Part shown: piece by piece, positions 12,681 through 25,335 of the stretch | Layout: every line of letters begins with the position of its first letter | Position numbering within the stretch: position 1 is the stretch's first letter | Source of the DNA: Callorhinchus milii | Taxonomy: Eukaryota | NCBI RefSeq assembly: GCF_018977255.1 | Contig: NW_024704742.1 | Span: 70,992,001 to 71,056,000 of the forward strand | Direction: 5' to 3' | DNA: 64,000 nucleotides | Made by a program: the position numbers and the translations under genes | Notes under the pieces: generated by a model | Told to the model about the DNA's origin: nothing | Database searches by the model: none | What the model saw: only the letters and a program-made list of their open reading frames with translations

Positions 12681-14324
12681 ATAAGTACATTAAAAAATGA
12701 GGCCGGGATATTGACAGCATGATGACTTAATTGGTAGTGACAAAGTAAGCCAGGGTTGAGTTATCAGGGGTTCACTATACAGTCACTACACTTCACAATA
12801 AATTTTGTGAAGCGCTTTGAGATGTTTATCTGATGCAGGTGCTGTATCAAATGTAGGATTATTATTTTAATAGAGATAAACAGAGAGGTGGGGAATTTGG
12901 GGGTGTTCCAAAGCAATGATCTGGGACAAAAACAACATGCATTGCCCATGTTGGACACAGCATATATAACATGGAGATTTCTCAATGCTCTTCATAGAGC
13001 TTTCTGCAAAGTGAAGTCATTCTATTTGTTGGCAAATATGGCACAACAATATCCCACAAACAGCCATGAAGTTAGTATCCATTTTTATCTGGAGGAATGT
13101 TGGCCAGTACACCTGGAGAGAATTCTTTCTCTTCTCCGTTGGGTGTTCATATCTGCCAATCAGCCTGGCTCGGTTAGTAATACTCTCAGCTCTGAGTCAG
13201 AGGGATTCTGAGCTCACAGTCTAGACTGACACTGCAATACAGTGCTGGGGGAAGTGTTGCATGGTTAGAGGTGACGTCCTTCAGATGAGATATTAAAACG
13301 AGGTTCAGGTGGATGTTAAAGATCCTGCAGTATTATTCGAAAAGAGAAGGGAATTTCTCTCTCCCAGGCTCCTGGCAAACAATCCCCCAGAAAAAATTGG
13401 CTGTTTATTACTGTGGACAAATTGGCTACCATGTTCATCTACAAATCCACAGTAACTAACTACACTTTGCAGTAAAAACTTCTGCTTTGAGATGAGCTCC
13501 TAAACTGAAAGGCGCTGTATCAAAAGCAAGGATTATATTAATTACATTTATTATTATGAATTAATGATAAATTGCATTCAATCCCCTCCGTAACCTGGCC
13601 CCACCCTACCTGTCTGATGTCCTGCAACACTTCCGACCTGGGCACTCCCTTCTCTCAGAGGGCATGCCCCATGAGTGGGCCAGCTATTCTGCTCCCATTC
13701 TGTGAAACTGCATCCGAGAGTCCCTCCGACTCACCCTTCGCTCCCTCCCTCCCCACATTGAAAGCCTGCCTCAAGACTTACCACTTTGGCCTCACATTGG
13801 ATCATTTTGCTCCCCCGCCCTCAGCTTCTTCAACCCCCTCCAGGAGTATCTTAGCACCTAATATTTTTCAGATTTGGGTAATCAGGATGTGTCCCTCCAG
13901 GGAGAGAGTGCGCATTCCATTCCAACAATCTATGTCCGGAATTTCCATGTGGAAGTGGGATGCATAAAATTCTCAGTTTGGTTTGGAGACTCTTACACAT
14001 GTGGTGATGGGTTTCTGCAAGTTTCAGACACCTGGCTGACCCCCAAAAAATTCAGTCCCCTCCCTTTCAAGTCATGTAAAGTTCTTTCCTATGGATGTAA
14101 AAAACATTAGATGTAAATATAAATTGCACGTCATAATTCTCATAATAGTGTTGGAGGCCACAAGAATAATAATCCGTACATTTGATATAGCGCCTTATCA
14201 CATTATTGAGGCATCTCAAAGTACTTCAAAGAATATACTGTATATTCTGTGGGTGAAACGCAGCAGCCAATTGCACACAGCAGTCGTGGATTGAGTGGCC
14301 AAATTTTTTTATTTTTTATTTTTT

Positions 14325-14381
14325 TATTCATTCATTCATTCATTCATTCAGTTATTTAGTTAGTTAGTTAGTTAGTTAGTT
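14325..14381. repeat. Compound (ATTC)n(AGTT)n microsatellite inside a SINE
   Basis: Directly visible. Confidence 0.85.
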
Positions 14382-14514
14382 GGAGGGATTATTAACCCCA
14401 GAAAGTGATCCAGCAATCAACTAATAACTGGGTTCTTACATGTCAATGTCACATGTCACACTCCCTCAATGACTGACGCTGTATTTTGTTCCCTCCCCCA
14501 CCCCTCATCCTCAG

Positions 14515-14781
14515 CTGAACGGGAAGAACCGGGAGTGCGTGTTCGTGGAGGAAGTGCTAGAGAACAACTACACGGCTCTGGTGTCGGCCAAGTATAAAGG
14601 CTGGTACCTAGGTTTCACCAGGAAGGGACGGCCGCGGAAGGGCTCAAAGACCCAGCAGAATCAACGGGAGGTCCATTTCATGAAAAGACTCCCCAAGGAC
14701 AAGGGAGACCATCACAGACCTTTCAAATACACCACTGTCACAAAGAGGACTAAGAGAGGACGTCACCACCGGGACAGCTAG
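14515..14781 (+). CDS. fgf24: fgf24 last coding exon ([58 protein letters not shown]...RDS*)
   Basis: cctcag| acceptor after a pyrimidine tract, ending in TAG. Carries the ENNYTA and HFMKR motifs. [18 protein letters not shown] and EVHF favour FGF24 over FGF18 (LMSAKYSGWYVGF, KGPKT, DVHF). The three exons total 552 bp = 183 aa plus stop. Confidence 0.87.
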   Translation: MNGKNRECVFVEEVLENNYTALVSAKYKGWYLGFTRKGRPRKGSKTQQNQREVHFMKRLPKDKGDHHRPFKYTTVTKRTKRGRHHRDS

Positions 14782-15155
14782 GATTCCTGCTTCTTCCCTC
14801 TCCCAGGCCTGCCCCGACTCAGGCCTATGCCTGGAGCCACGTTTTTTTAAGTGAACGGAACGAAACCGAAGATACTTTATTTTTCTACTCATTGCGAAAG
14901 GAACTCTGAATACGGCTGATATATATTTAAAAAGGGAATTGGGGTGTGTGTGCCTGTGCGAGTGGGTGTGCATGTAGGTTATTTATAAGGCGATATCTCT
15001 TTTGGCTTCTTCAATAGGGATGGGGCTGCTCAATGCTCTTGTGAAGCCTGATCCCGTGTGGGGACTTGTATTATTATTATTATTGTCTTCTGAGTCAGTG
15101 TTGGCCTTGTTGTTCCTGTCTCCCTCGCAGTAGGGATAAGAAAGGGAGGGGGGTC

Positions 15156-15161
15156 AATAAA
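15156..15161 (+). terminator. Candidate poly(A) signal for fgf24
   Basis: First AATAAA I found after the stop codon, about 375 nt downstream. Usage cannot be shown from sequence alone. Confidence 0.35.
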
Positions 15162-18100
15162 AGACCCGCCAGCTACACCCACTAGCTCCTGCTCATTCCA
15201 GTCTTTCTCCCGAGAAGATCACTTGATCAGGACTTATCATTCCAAACAATCATGAAAGTGTCAATTCTTTCAAATGCAAATTGGATAGATTTAGGAAATA
15301 ATATTTTAGGATACAGTATATGAGTTCAGGACATGACACTCGCATGCAACTGTCAGGGTGGTGGAAGGTGAACTTGGTCTTCTTTTGTCTAGCAAATGCT
15401 TTGTTCCATGGAACACTTCTACCACCGATGGACGCCATTCATGCATCGTGTCTGTACTGGTGCTCACTCCCCCACTGGAGCTCTCTACTCTAATCCCATT
15501 CCCTGCTCTCTCACAACCTTTAATATCATTGTTTCCAGGAGTAAGTATCCAAATCCCTTTTAAATGCTGTTAAGGATGTGGCTTCAGCAGAGGTTGGTGG
15601 TGAAGTGATTGACAGGTTTACCAAAGCACGGTGGGAAAGACGTCTTCTCTTTGATTTCCCAGAGATGTCTTCACCTGTGGCCCTCTGCTTATTGACTGGC
15701 CAATGAGTGGAAATAGTCTCTCTGGATTTCCCTTCGCATCGATGCATTAGCCTTACACATCAAACCTTTAATTGCTCCAAGACGCTACCTTGTGTGAAAA
15801 TCACTATGTAAATGCAAGTTACTCTTGGCGGCTGTTCGAAACCTGCTCGGTTTAGACACAACGTCATGCGAATGATGGGATGGTGGAAGGTGAACTGAAT
15901 GGACCTTGGTCACACAGGTTCGGTCACACAAATTCTTATGCTCTTATGTTCTTAAGAGAAGAGCTCAGAAGAGAGACAAGTTCAAAATGTATAAAGAATC
16001 CATAAAAACAGTGTTTTTCATAGTTAGTTACATCAGAAACTTTCAACTATTATTGTTTTTTTACATTAAAGAGATGAACATTACAGTATGTTTGGGGTGA
16101 AGTCATGGTGGAGACAGAACCTGCCTCATTTAGCTTGCGGATTTGTTTATTGTGACGTCCTGTCTGACAGAATTTATTCTGTTTGTGAGTGAAGCTTGCT
16201 TCAATCAGTAATAATATCCCTAAAATAATAATTCTTGCATTTGATATAGCGCCTTAACACATCGTTGAAACATCTCAAAGCACATCATAGGATATATTGT
16301 AAAGTGGATTGACTGTGTGTTTTGTGGGCGAAATGCAGCAGGCAGTTGTACACAGCAGTGTCCCACAAACAGTCATAGATAGAATGGCCAAATTATTATA
16401 ATTTTTTTAAGGGATTATTACCCCTGGAAAGAGATCTGCCAATGGACTAACAACCAGTTCCTACTTACTGTTATGTAGACAGAGGCATGTGAAGTAAGGA
16501 CATTTGTATAATGTTTTACCCCGCCCAGAGTTTGACAACTACTACGCTTTGGGACTCGACGAAGAGAGAGTGTCTCTCTCTCTCTTACACTTCTGAAACA
16601 GAAGGTTGTGGGTTTGAGCCTCATGTTTGGAACTTTGTACTGCTTGGAGGGCATGGGTACGAGTATGTTGGAGGCACCTCCTTTGGGTGAGATGTTAAAC
16701 CAAGCGGGGGCACGTCTCCTCTTGGTGAATATTAAACATCCCGCAGCTGCTGAAAAAGTGAAGGGAGTTTCTGCCAATGTCCTGGTCGACAATCCTCCAG
16801 ATACAAATTGGACATTTGACTTCGTGGCCGTTTAAGCGACAAATTGGATGTATTGTTTACCCACAAACACAGTCACTCCACTTGTCAGTTATGACGTGGG
16901 CTGGCCTGAGGAGAGAGCTTCAAATTGTGATGAAGTGTTCTCAGTGACAGGGTGGGATTCTGGGGCATCCATGCCAGTGCCTCGCCCCCCACCCCACCCT
17001 CCCCTTTTCCTTCCCCCCGATACACACTGTCCTACCTAATCACAGTGCAGGCTGATGCTCGAGTGCTGGGGGTGTCGGGTTGGGGGTGTATGATCAGAGG
17101 TGCGGAGGTCATTACACTTCAACAAATGCATGAAGTGCCATGAGAGATAATACAACAACAACTTGCATTTATATAGGGCCTTTCATGCGGGGTAGCATCC
17201 CGGAGTGCTTCACAATGGCGGAGTCTGACACTGAGCCAACGGTAGAGGCAGTGGGAGGTGACCGTAAGCACGATCAAAAAGGAAGGTCTTTAGGTGGGAT
17301 TTGAAGGTGAGGAGGGAGGGGACAAGATGGAGGGATTGAGGGTAAGAGTTCCAGAGATTTAGGATATAGTGAGAAGTTATTGACATTTTACGTGAAGATT
17401 ATTGTTATTGTTAATCATATTTGACTCAAAAAACAACTTTACGAGAGTCATAAAAATCAGTGCATTGTAAAGACAGCCCTTCTTACATTGTTCTTTTCAT
17501 TCTCTTGTTTGGCCATTTCCATCTTACTCCACACAATCCCCCAACATCTCAGGTTTTACGCAGTTTAACAACACATGTTACACAGTTTAACGCGACATGA
17601 ATTGTTTTTCCCCTACCTGTGTCTCCAGGTTAACAACAACAACAAATTACATTTGTAGAGCACCTTTCACATCGGGAAGATGTCCCCAAGGCTCTGGACA
17701 GTCAGGGATTTGAGCCCGAGCAGGGGGTTGGGATCAGAGTGGGGGGAAAGATGACCAAAGGCAAGGTCAAAGAGGATGGTCTTGAGCTTGATCTTGAAGG
17801 AGGGAAAGGGCTACAGGATGGAGTTCTAGAGGGTGGGGGCCAGATAAACTGAAAACCTGACCACAGGTAGTGGGGCAGGCTGGTGCCCACTGAGCGGAAG
17901 AAGCAGGAAGGTAAAGTTTGCGGAGGTTGTTGCATATTGCTTTAATGACTTAATTGGCAATTGGACATTGACAATGAGAAGCAAGCAAATATGAAAGTAT
18001 TCTGGGAAAGTGACTGGGCAAATTGGAAGAGTGTGTAAGTGTAAGGTTTTAATAAAGGAACTAGTGAATCTAAATTGTGTTTTGGATTTACACACATTGC

Positions 18101-21100
18101 AGAGGCCGCAGAGGTAGGGTGGGGCAAGACCATGGAGGTATTTAAAGTGAGGACGAGGATTTTGAACTCTATCCTCTAGGGGAGGGGGAGCCTGTGGAGC
18201 TGGGTGAGGATAGGCGTGATAGGCTCATGGGGCCTAGGGCAAGAAATGGCACAAGCTACAGATTCTGAATGCTCTGCAGCTTGTGGAGGAGTTAGGAGTC
18301 AGGCAAGCAGAGAGTTGGTGTAGTCAATATGGACGTAATGAATGTGTGGAACGGGGGAATTTTTTTGTGGCTCAGTCTCAGGTGCGGGGATGCTAGAAGG
18401 ATTGGCCTTGAGTACGCACCCCCCCCCACCCAGATCCTTCCCCGACCCCTTAGAGGATGGTGGGGAGGGAGAAGAGACGTCTCTTTAACCTTTCAGTCTT
18501 TGTGTCCTCAATGCTTCTGTGTCAGGATGAGTCGGACAATTCAGGATTGGCTGGATGTCACAATAATAATAATCCTTACATCATCAGACGTATCAAAGCT
18601 CTTCTTAGGATTTACTGTAAAGTTAATTGTATATTTTGTGGATGAAATGTCCTACACACAGTGAATGGCTAATTTTTTTTATCTGGGGAATCTGGGGAAC
18701 GACATGATAAGGTGCAAATGCAAGGATTATTATTAATTGTGGACAACTTGGTCTTAACTTGGAAGGTGCTGTGCATTCATGACTGCAGGTTCCGTATCGA
18801 GACAGATTGTGAAACTTTGCCACTACTTTGCGTCGCCCTAAATTTAAGACAAAAATGGGAGCAAACACCAGATGGGGTTTGGGCCTCAAGTCTTGGGAAT
18901 ATCCGACCTTGTAACACTTCCCTGGAGACACGGAATGCGATAATGTTCTGACAATGCGCACATTCCTTCAAAGGCTATGTCCGTCAATTCCTCCCAACCT
19001 TCCTGCCAACCCCCCCCCACCGCCCGCCCGCCTGCCCCCCACCCCCCCCACCTCCGTCCCCTCAATTAAGAGAGCCGCATATTTTCAGTGCACTGTTCCG
19101 GAACTTTCTTTAACTCTTTTGTGTTTGGGACCTGAGTTAAGTCACTGGTCCCTGGTCTCCGCACGGACACTAATGAGACGCAGCGAGGGGCATAATTCGA
19201 GGGTTGTCACCAGAAGACAAAAAGGGGAGGGGGGAGGTTAGAAGTTCTTTTACACACACACACACACACACGCAGAGGGTGGTTTAAATGTGGAACTCTT
19301 CGCTGCTGTTGAATGAGAGTCCGTAGCAGCATTTCAAAGAGAATTGGATAAACTAAAAGGAAGTCATATTGAATATTACAGGGAAAGAGAATTGGATTAG
19401 AGTAGAGAGCTCCAGTGGGGGAGCAAGCACCACAGACATGATGGGGAGAGAGCAGGGAATGGGTTTTGTCTTCCTGCACTTTGGCACCTTTTTCAGAAAT
19501 TGTGGTTCCCCACCCTCCTCATTTTCCTCATAGCACCCATTTATAGAATTAATCCCATTTCTGCAGCTTTTCCCAATTTCTTTTTCACTTTCCCATTCAC
19601 AGCCATGAAGTGAATCAGCCATTCTGAGGGATTGACCAGGACGCTGGTTTTCCCCATCCCTTGCCTCCTTCAAGGCCGGTCTCAAGACCTTTCTTTTCAA
19701 CTGTGGGTTTGGTCATCTTCCCTCCTTCATCCCCCTTGCCCTCCATCTCTCTATGATCCCAACCCACAGCTCGGGTGCAAACCCCTCATTGTCCAGCCCC
19801 TTGGGACATTCTCCCTACGTGAAAGGCGCTGTATAAATATATGTTGTTATTGTTTCCATTTCCTTTTTAAACATCTTGATTCTGCCTCTAAGGCCTTCCC
19901 TGGGTCTCCTCTCTCACCCCACTGTGTGTGACCAGACTCCTACCAGGGAGCTCAGCTCTGACTTTAAAATGAAAAGCCTCATAAAATCCCCCAGTTATTT
20001 TCTCTTTTTCCCCTCATGTCCTGTTATAGTAATTAATATTGCGCCTTATCCCATCTTTGAGACTATTATCATCTCAATACTTCACTGAATTTACAATAAA
20101 GTGTAGTGACTGTATATATTGTGAGTGTAACACGGCAGCCAATTTGCGCACAGCAACATCACACAAACAGCCATGCAAGCGAATGAGTGATTTTATCTGA
20201 GGGATTGTCAGCTAGGACACTGGGAGAGAGAAACTCCCTTCTCTTTTCCGGAAGGATCTTTAACATCCACTGAACAGGCACAGACTGGTTTAACATCTCA
20301 TTGGAAGGATAATAATAATCTAATAATAATCCTTGCATTGGATATAGCACCTTTTCACTTCATTGAGACGTCTCAAAGCGCTTCACAGAATATACTGTAG
20401 AGTGAATTGACTATATTTTGTGGGTGAAATGCGCCAGCCATCGCGCACAACAGTGTCTCATAAACAGACGTGGATTGGTTGACCCAATTTTTTTTGCAGG
20501 GATTATTATCCCTGGAAATCGATCCACCAAACGACTAACAATTTACTTCCTACTTATTGCTAGGCAAACAGAGGCGTATGGAGTAAGGAAACTTGCCTAA
20601 GCTTTTGCCATGCACGGGAATCGAACCCAGGTACTCTCGCTTGTGAGGCAGCGCACTAAATACTAGGCTCCACGACTCCAATCTCCTGTAAGATTGTGCA
20701 AAATCGTGGAAAATTCCTAATTTCAGGTTTAATTCAGGGGCCGATGCTCTGCAGCTCGTAAAAATTAAAGGCCGGATTGTACACTTCTGCATGCTCTTAA
20801 AACTGAAGGCAAGGTAGTCCCACAGCTAAGACCAGGTGGAATTCCATGCCTTTAAAAAGAACAAAGACAGATAAGAAATGCTTGGTTTTAACCCGTGTTG
20901 CGAGGGGGCTGATTCGGGGAAGCGGAATGCCTGGGTGTAATGACTGTGTAGTGACTGTGAATGGGAAGGGAATGGGAACAGAGGGAGAGGCATTGTTATG
21001 GCCTCTCGCTGGGAGCTTGAGATGTCTCAGGTCTGTCAGGACCTGTCATTGTCCTTTAGGTTTCAGGCACTTTCGCCCCACCTCCTTCGCTGTCTCTCTC

Positions 21101-21784
21101 TCTCTGACACTCGCTCTTGTTTTCTCTCTCCCCCTCCCAACCCCCACTCCTCACTTGTGTCTTTTAATTAACAAAATACGCAGCTCACTGTGAGACGATC
21201 GCTCCTCACTTTCTCACCAGCTTTTTTTCCCCAAACAATTGCTGTCGGCATTTCCCAGCGCTGTCGGAGCAATGCGCAACCGGCTCGACTGAACAAACCC
21301 TGGCCTGAATACCAAAGGCTTTGCAGTCTTAAATGTAATTTTGTTGTTTAATTCCAATTTCCATGTCTTCCATCCCCCACCCCCATCTCCTGCTACAATT
21401 CTTTCAAAATAACTTGCATTTTTATATAATATCTGGTCACGCTTTAAAACGCTTTTTTATAATAATATGAATAGACTTACCTAGCATTTATCCAGTGCCT
21501 TTCACATTATAATATAATAACGCTTTTCGGGTGTAATAATCCCTTTCAAATAGATAAATAAATAATAATTTGGTCACGCAATCCATGACTGTTTGTGGGA
21601 CACTGCTGTGCGCAATTGGCTGCTGCATTTCACCCACAAAATATAGTCAGTTCACTTTACAGTATATCCTCTGAAGTGCTTTGAGATGTCTTAACAATGT
21701 GTTAAGGCGCTTTACCAAATGCAAGGATTATTATTATTCATAAACATCTCGAAGCGCTTTGCAAAACACAATTGAGTGTAAGCT

Positions 21785-22095
21785 TCAATTATGTGGAGAG
21801 ACGAGAGAAGTTGTGATTGTTCTCCATAGAGCAGAGAAGGTTAAGGGGAGATTTAATAAAGGTGTTCAATGTTATGAGGGATTTTGCTAGGATAACTAAG
21901 GAAGAACTGTTTCCTCTGGCGGGTGGGTCGGTAACCAGAGGACACAGCTTTAAGATAATTGACAAAAGAACCAGACTGGAGAGAAGGAGAATTGTTTTAT
22001 GCAGCGAGTTATTATGATCTGGAATGTACTGCCTGAAAGGGTGGTTGAAGCAGATTCAATAATAGCTTTCAAAAGGAAATCCGATTTATACTCAA
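21785..22095 (+). mobile_element. CR1 LINE ORF2 C-terminal fragment (3' UTR continues at about 25340-25450)
   Basis: FSIEQRRLRGDLIKVF...LFP...TRGH motif typical of the CR1 ORF2 end. Confidence 0.8.
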
Positions 22096-25000
22096 AACAA
22101 CAACAACTTGCACTTATATAGCACCCTCCCCGCTGGGTATCACCTCAGAGCGCTTAACAGTGGCAGAGCCTGACTCCAAGCTGGGATGGGGTGCGGGGGA
22201 GGTGGCTGTAAGCACGGTCAAAAAGCAAGGTGTTCAGGCAGGACTTGAAAAAGGGGAGAGATGGTCCAAGGCGGAGGGATTGAGGGAGAGTTTTCCAGAG
22301 TTTCGGGGTGTAGTGGCTGAAAGCGCGACCTCCAATGGTGGAGCAGACGGTGCAAGGGACAAGCAGGAGGCCGGTGCCAGTCGAGCAGAGGCACTGAGTA
22401 GTGGATTGGGGAGTGAGGAGGTTGGAGAGGTTGGGAGCTGCCAGAGAATGAATGGTTTTGAACACAAGTGTGAGGATCTTGAAGACGATCTGTTCGGTGA
22501 TGGGGAGCCAGTGGAGCCTGGCCAGAACTGGTGAGATGTGGGTACAGAGTTTGGTCCGGGTCAGTATGTGGGCAGCAGAGTTCTGAATGAGCTGGATTTT
22601 TTTGAATAGTGGAGCTGGGGAGACCGGCGAGGAGTGCATTTCAGTAATCCAGGTGGGAGGTGACAAACGTATGCACGAGTATGTATGTTTGGCTGCATTT
22701 GGGGTAAGGTACAGTCGGAGGCAGCCAGTGTGGGGGAGGAAGGACAGCTGGGGGTCGAACTGGATGCCTAGATTGCGCACTGGGTCGGTGAATTTGAGGG
22801 AGAGCCCAGGGAGGTTGAGGAGTTCAGATCCGCAGGAGTGAAGACGTTGACAGGAGCCAAGGAGTATGGCTTCTGTCTTGTCCAAATTCAGCTGCAGGAA
22901 GTTTCCACTCATCCAGGCCCTGATGTCTGTCAGACAAGCTGATAGAACATCGACGGACATGGAGTTGGTACTGGAGGAAGCAATGCAGATTTGTGTGTCA
23001 TCCACATACATGTGAAAGTTTACCCCATGTCTGTGGATGACATTGCCCAGAGGGAGCATGTAGATGAGGAAAAGAAGAGGGTCAAGGATGGAGCCCTGGG
23101 GTACCCCGCAGGTGACTGGGCGGAGGCAGAAGGAGAAACCATTTGCTGAGATGAAATAGAGGCGGTTGGTTAAGTAGAACTCGAACCATGTGAGTGCAGT
23201 CCCACTAAAGCGGATAAGGGAGGAGAGGCGGTGGAGGAGGATGGCACGGTTGACTATGTCGAATGCGGCAGAGAGATCCAGGAGGACGAGGAGGTAGAGG
23301 GAGCCTGGTCATAGACAGAGAGGACGTAGTTTGTGTCTTTGACAAGCGCTGTCTCTGTGATTGTGGGTAGGGCAAAAACCAGACTGCAGGGGCTCGAGGA
23401 GGGAGTGGAGGGAGAGATGTGACCGAAATTGATCTACAACAATGCGTCCAGGACTTTGGCATGGAAGGGTAGGTTGGAGATGGGACGATAGTGTGTGAGA
23501 TTAGAGGAATCGAGGGTGGGTTTTTTGAGGAGGGGTGTGATGACAGCGGTTTTCAGTGGGAGTGGAACAGAGCCTGAGGAGAAAGACTGGTTGACCGTGT
23601 CAGCCAGCAAGGAGGAGAGGAGGGGGAATTGAGTGACCAGCAGCTGGGTGAGTCTAGGCCTCTTTGCACTTGGCATTTGATGTGAAGATAGAGGGAGATT
23701 GAGGGAATTAACGGAGGAGGTGATGGATGGTGGAAAACAGTGTCTTTGGGTTGTTTTTGGCCTCCAGGATGACTTTGGAGTAAAAGTCAGTTTTGGCCTA
23801 TGAAAGAGAGAGGCGGTAGGTGCAGAGGTGCTGGAGCCACAGCTGGCGGTGAATTGTGAGGCCGTATTTCTGCCATCTGTGCTCGAGCATCCGGGTTTGC
23901 ATTTTGAGTGAGCGGAGATGACTGTTGTATCAGGGGGAGTGGGTGGGTTTCGAAAAACCCCTGGACTTCAGGGGAGCCAGGGAATTGAAGGTTGTGGAGA
24001 GACGGTCATTCAGCAGCTTGATGGCTAGAGGGAGAGGACGTCCGAGGAAGAGAGGGCATTTGTGAAGTATTCAGGTGGAAGCTTTTCCCAAGGGCTGAAA
24101 AAAATGGTGAAGGTTTGGAAGAGGGGAGCAGGAAGTGGGAGGAGAGGAAGATGAGGAAGTGGTCCAAGATGGCCATATCCATGATTGATAGGTCAGAAAT
24201 ATCAAGGCCATGTCTGATGAAGAGGTCAAGGGGGTGGCCGGTTGTGGGTCAGTGAGTTGATGTGGAGAGTGAGGTTTAGGGAGGAGAGGAGGGCAGTCAA
24301 ACCTGAGGAGGTGGTGCAAGGGGAGTTAAGGTGGAGATTGAAATCACCCATTATGAGCAGCTGTCCAGTGCAGAGGGACAGAGATGAGAGATGAAAGTGA
24401 GGAAGGAGCCAGGAGGTTTGGGGGGGGAGGGGGGAGGAGGCGGTAAACTAGGAGGATTTTGAGGTAGAGAGAAGAGGGATGGTAGAGAGTGAGGTGCTCA
24501 AAGGAGGAGAAACAGCCAGAGGAATAGAAGTATAGACCAAGGGAAGTTTGGGAGATGAGGGACAGCTCGCCGCCATGTTGGTTGGGGTGGGGGCTGTGGT
24601 GAAAAGTGTAGCCAGGTGGGGAGGCTTCAATGAGGGGGACGGGGTCACCGGAGGAGAGCCAGGTTTCTGTAAATGCAAGAATATCAATATGCTCATCCAG
24701 GATAAGGTCATGGATAGTAAGGGCTTTGTTGGAGAGGGAGCAGATATTTTGGAGGGAAATGCGGATAGGTCTGCTGGTGGGGAATGATGGAGAAGGGAGT
24801 GGTATAGGGAGGATTTAGGGTCGTGGAGGAGAAATCCCATGGAGTTTGAGAATGGGGGAGAGTTGGAGAGGGTAAAGATGAGGGAGGGGAAAGGGGTGTT
24901 TGCCTTTTGGAGGCGGTTGGTGCAGAGAGAGTGAGTGATGGGATAGTTGGGGTGGCTGCTCTGGGACATCCAATGCTGGGCCTGGCAGAGGATGCCCAGG

Positions 25001-25335
25001 CTGGAGCAGAGGGAGGTAATGGTAGAGTTCATGAGAGAGAGAAGGCGAGTAGAGTGGTGGGAGAGCAGGACAGAAAGGGAATAGCAGAGTGTGGGGGTTA
25101 GGAGCAGGAACATTTTCAGAGGGAGCAGCTCAGGTCGGGGCAGCAGCCAAAATGCACACGCATTGACCGGGAGCGAACGATCAGCCCGTGGGCTACAGGA
25201 GACAGCGCAGGTGTAGGTTAGAAGGGATGGCAATCATGGCTTAGGTGCAAGAGACAAGGAGGGAATGGAGGGAGGACAAGATAGCAGAAGGACAGCAAAA
25301 TTTATACTCTACTTACCCTGGAGGATTTGAACATT
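22096..25335 (-). mobile_element. Older near-full-length L2 LINE nested in a CR1 3' end
   Basis: RT remnants (MYVDDTQ, LHWLP, YRPISNLP), endonuclease remnants (FTETWL, MGDFN) and a (TTG)n tail. CR1 sequence stops at about 22095 and resumes at about 25340. Confidence 0.85.
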
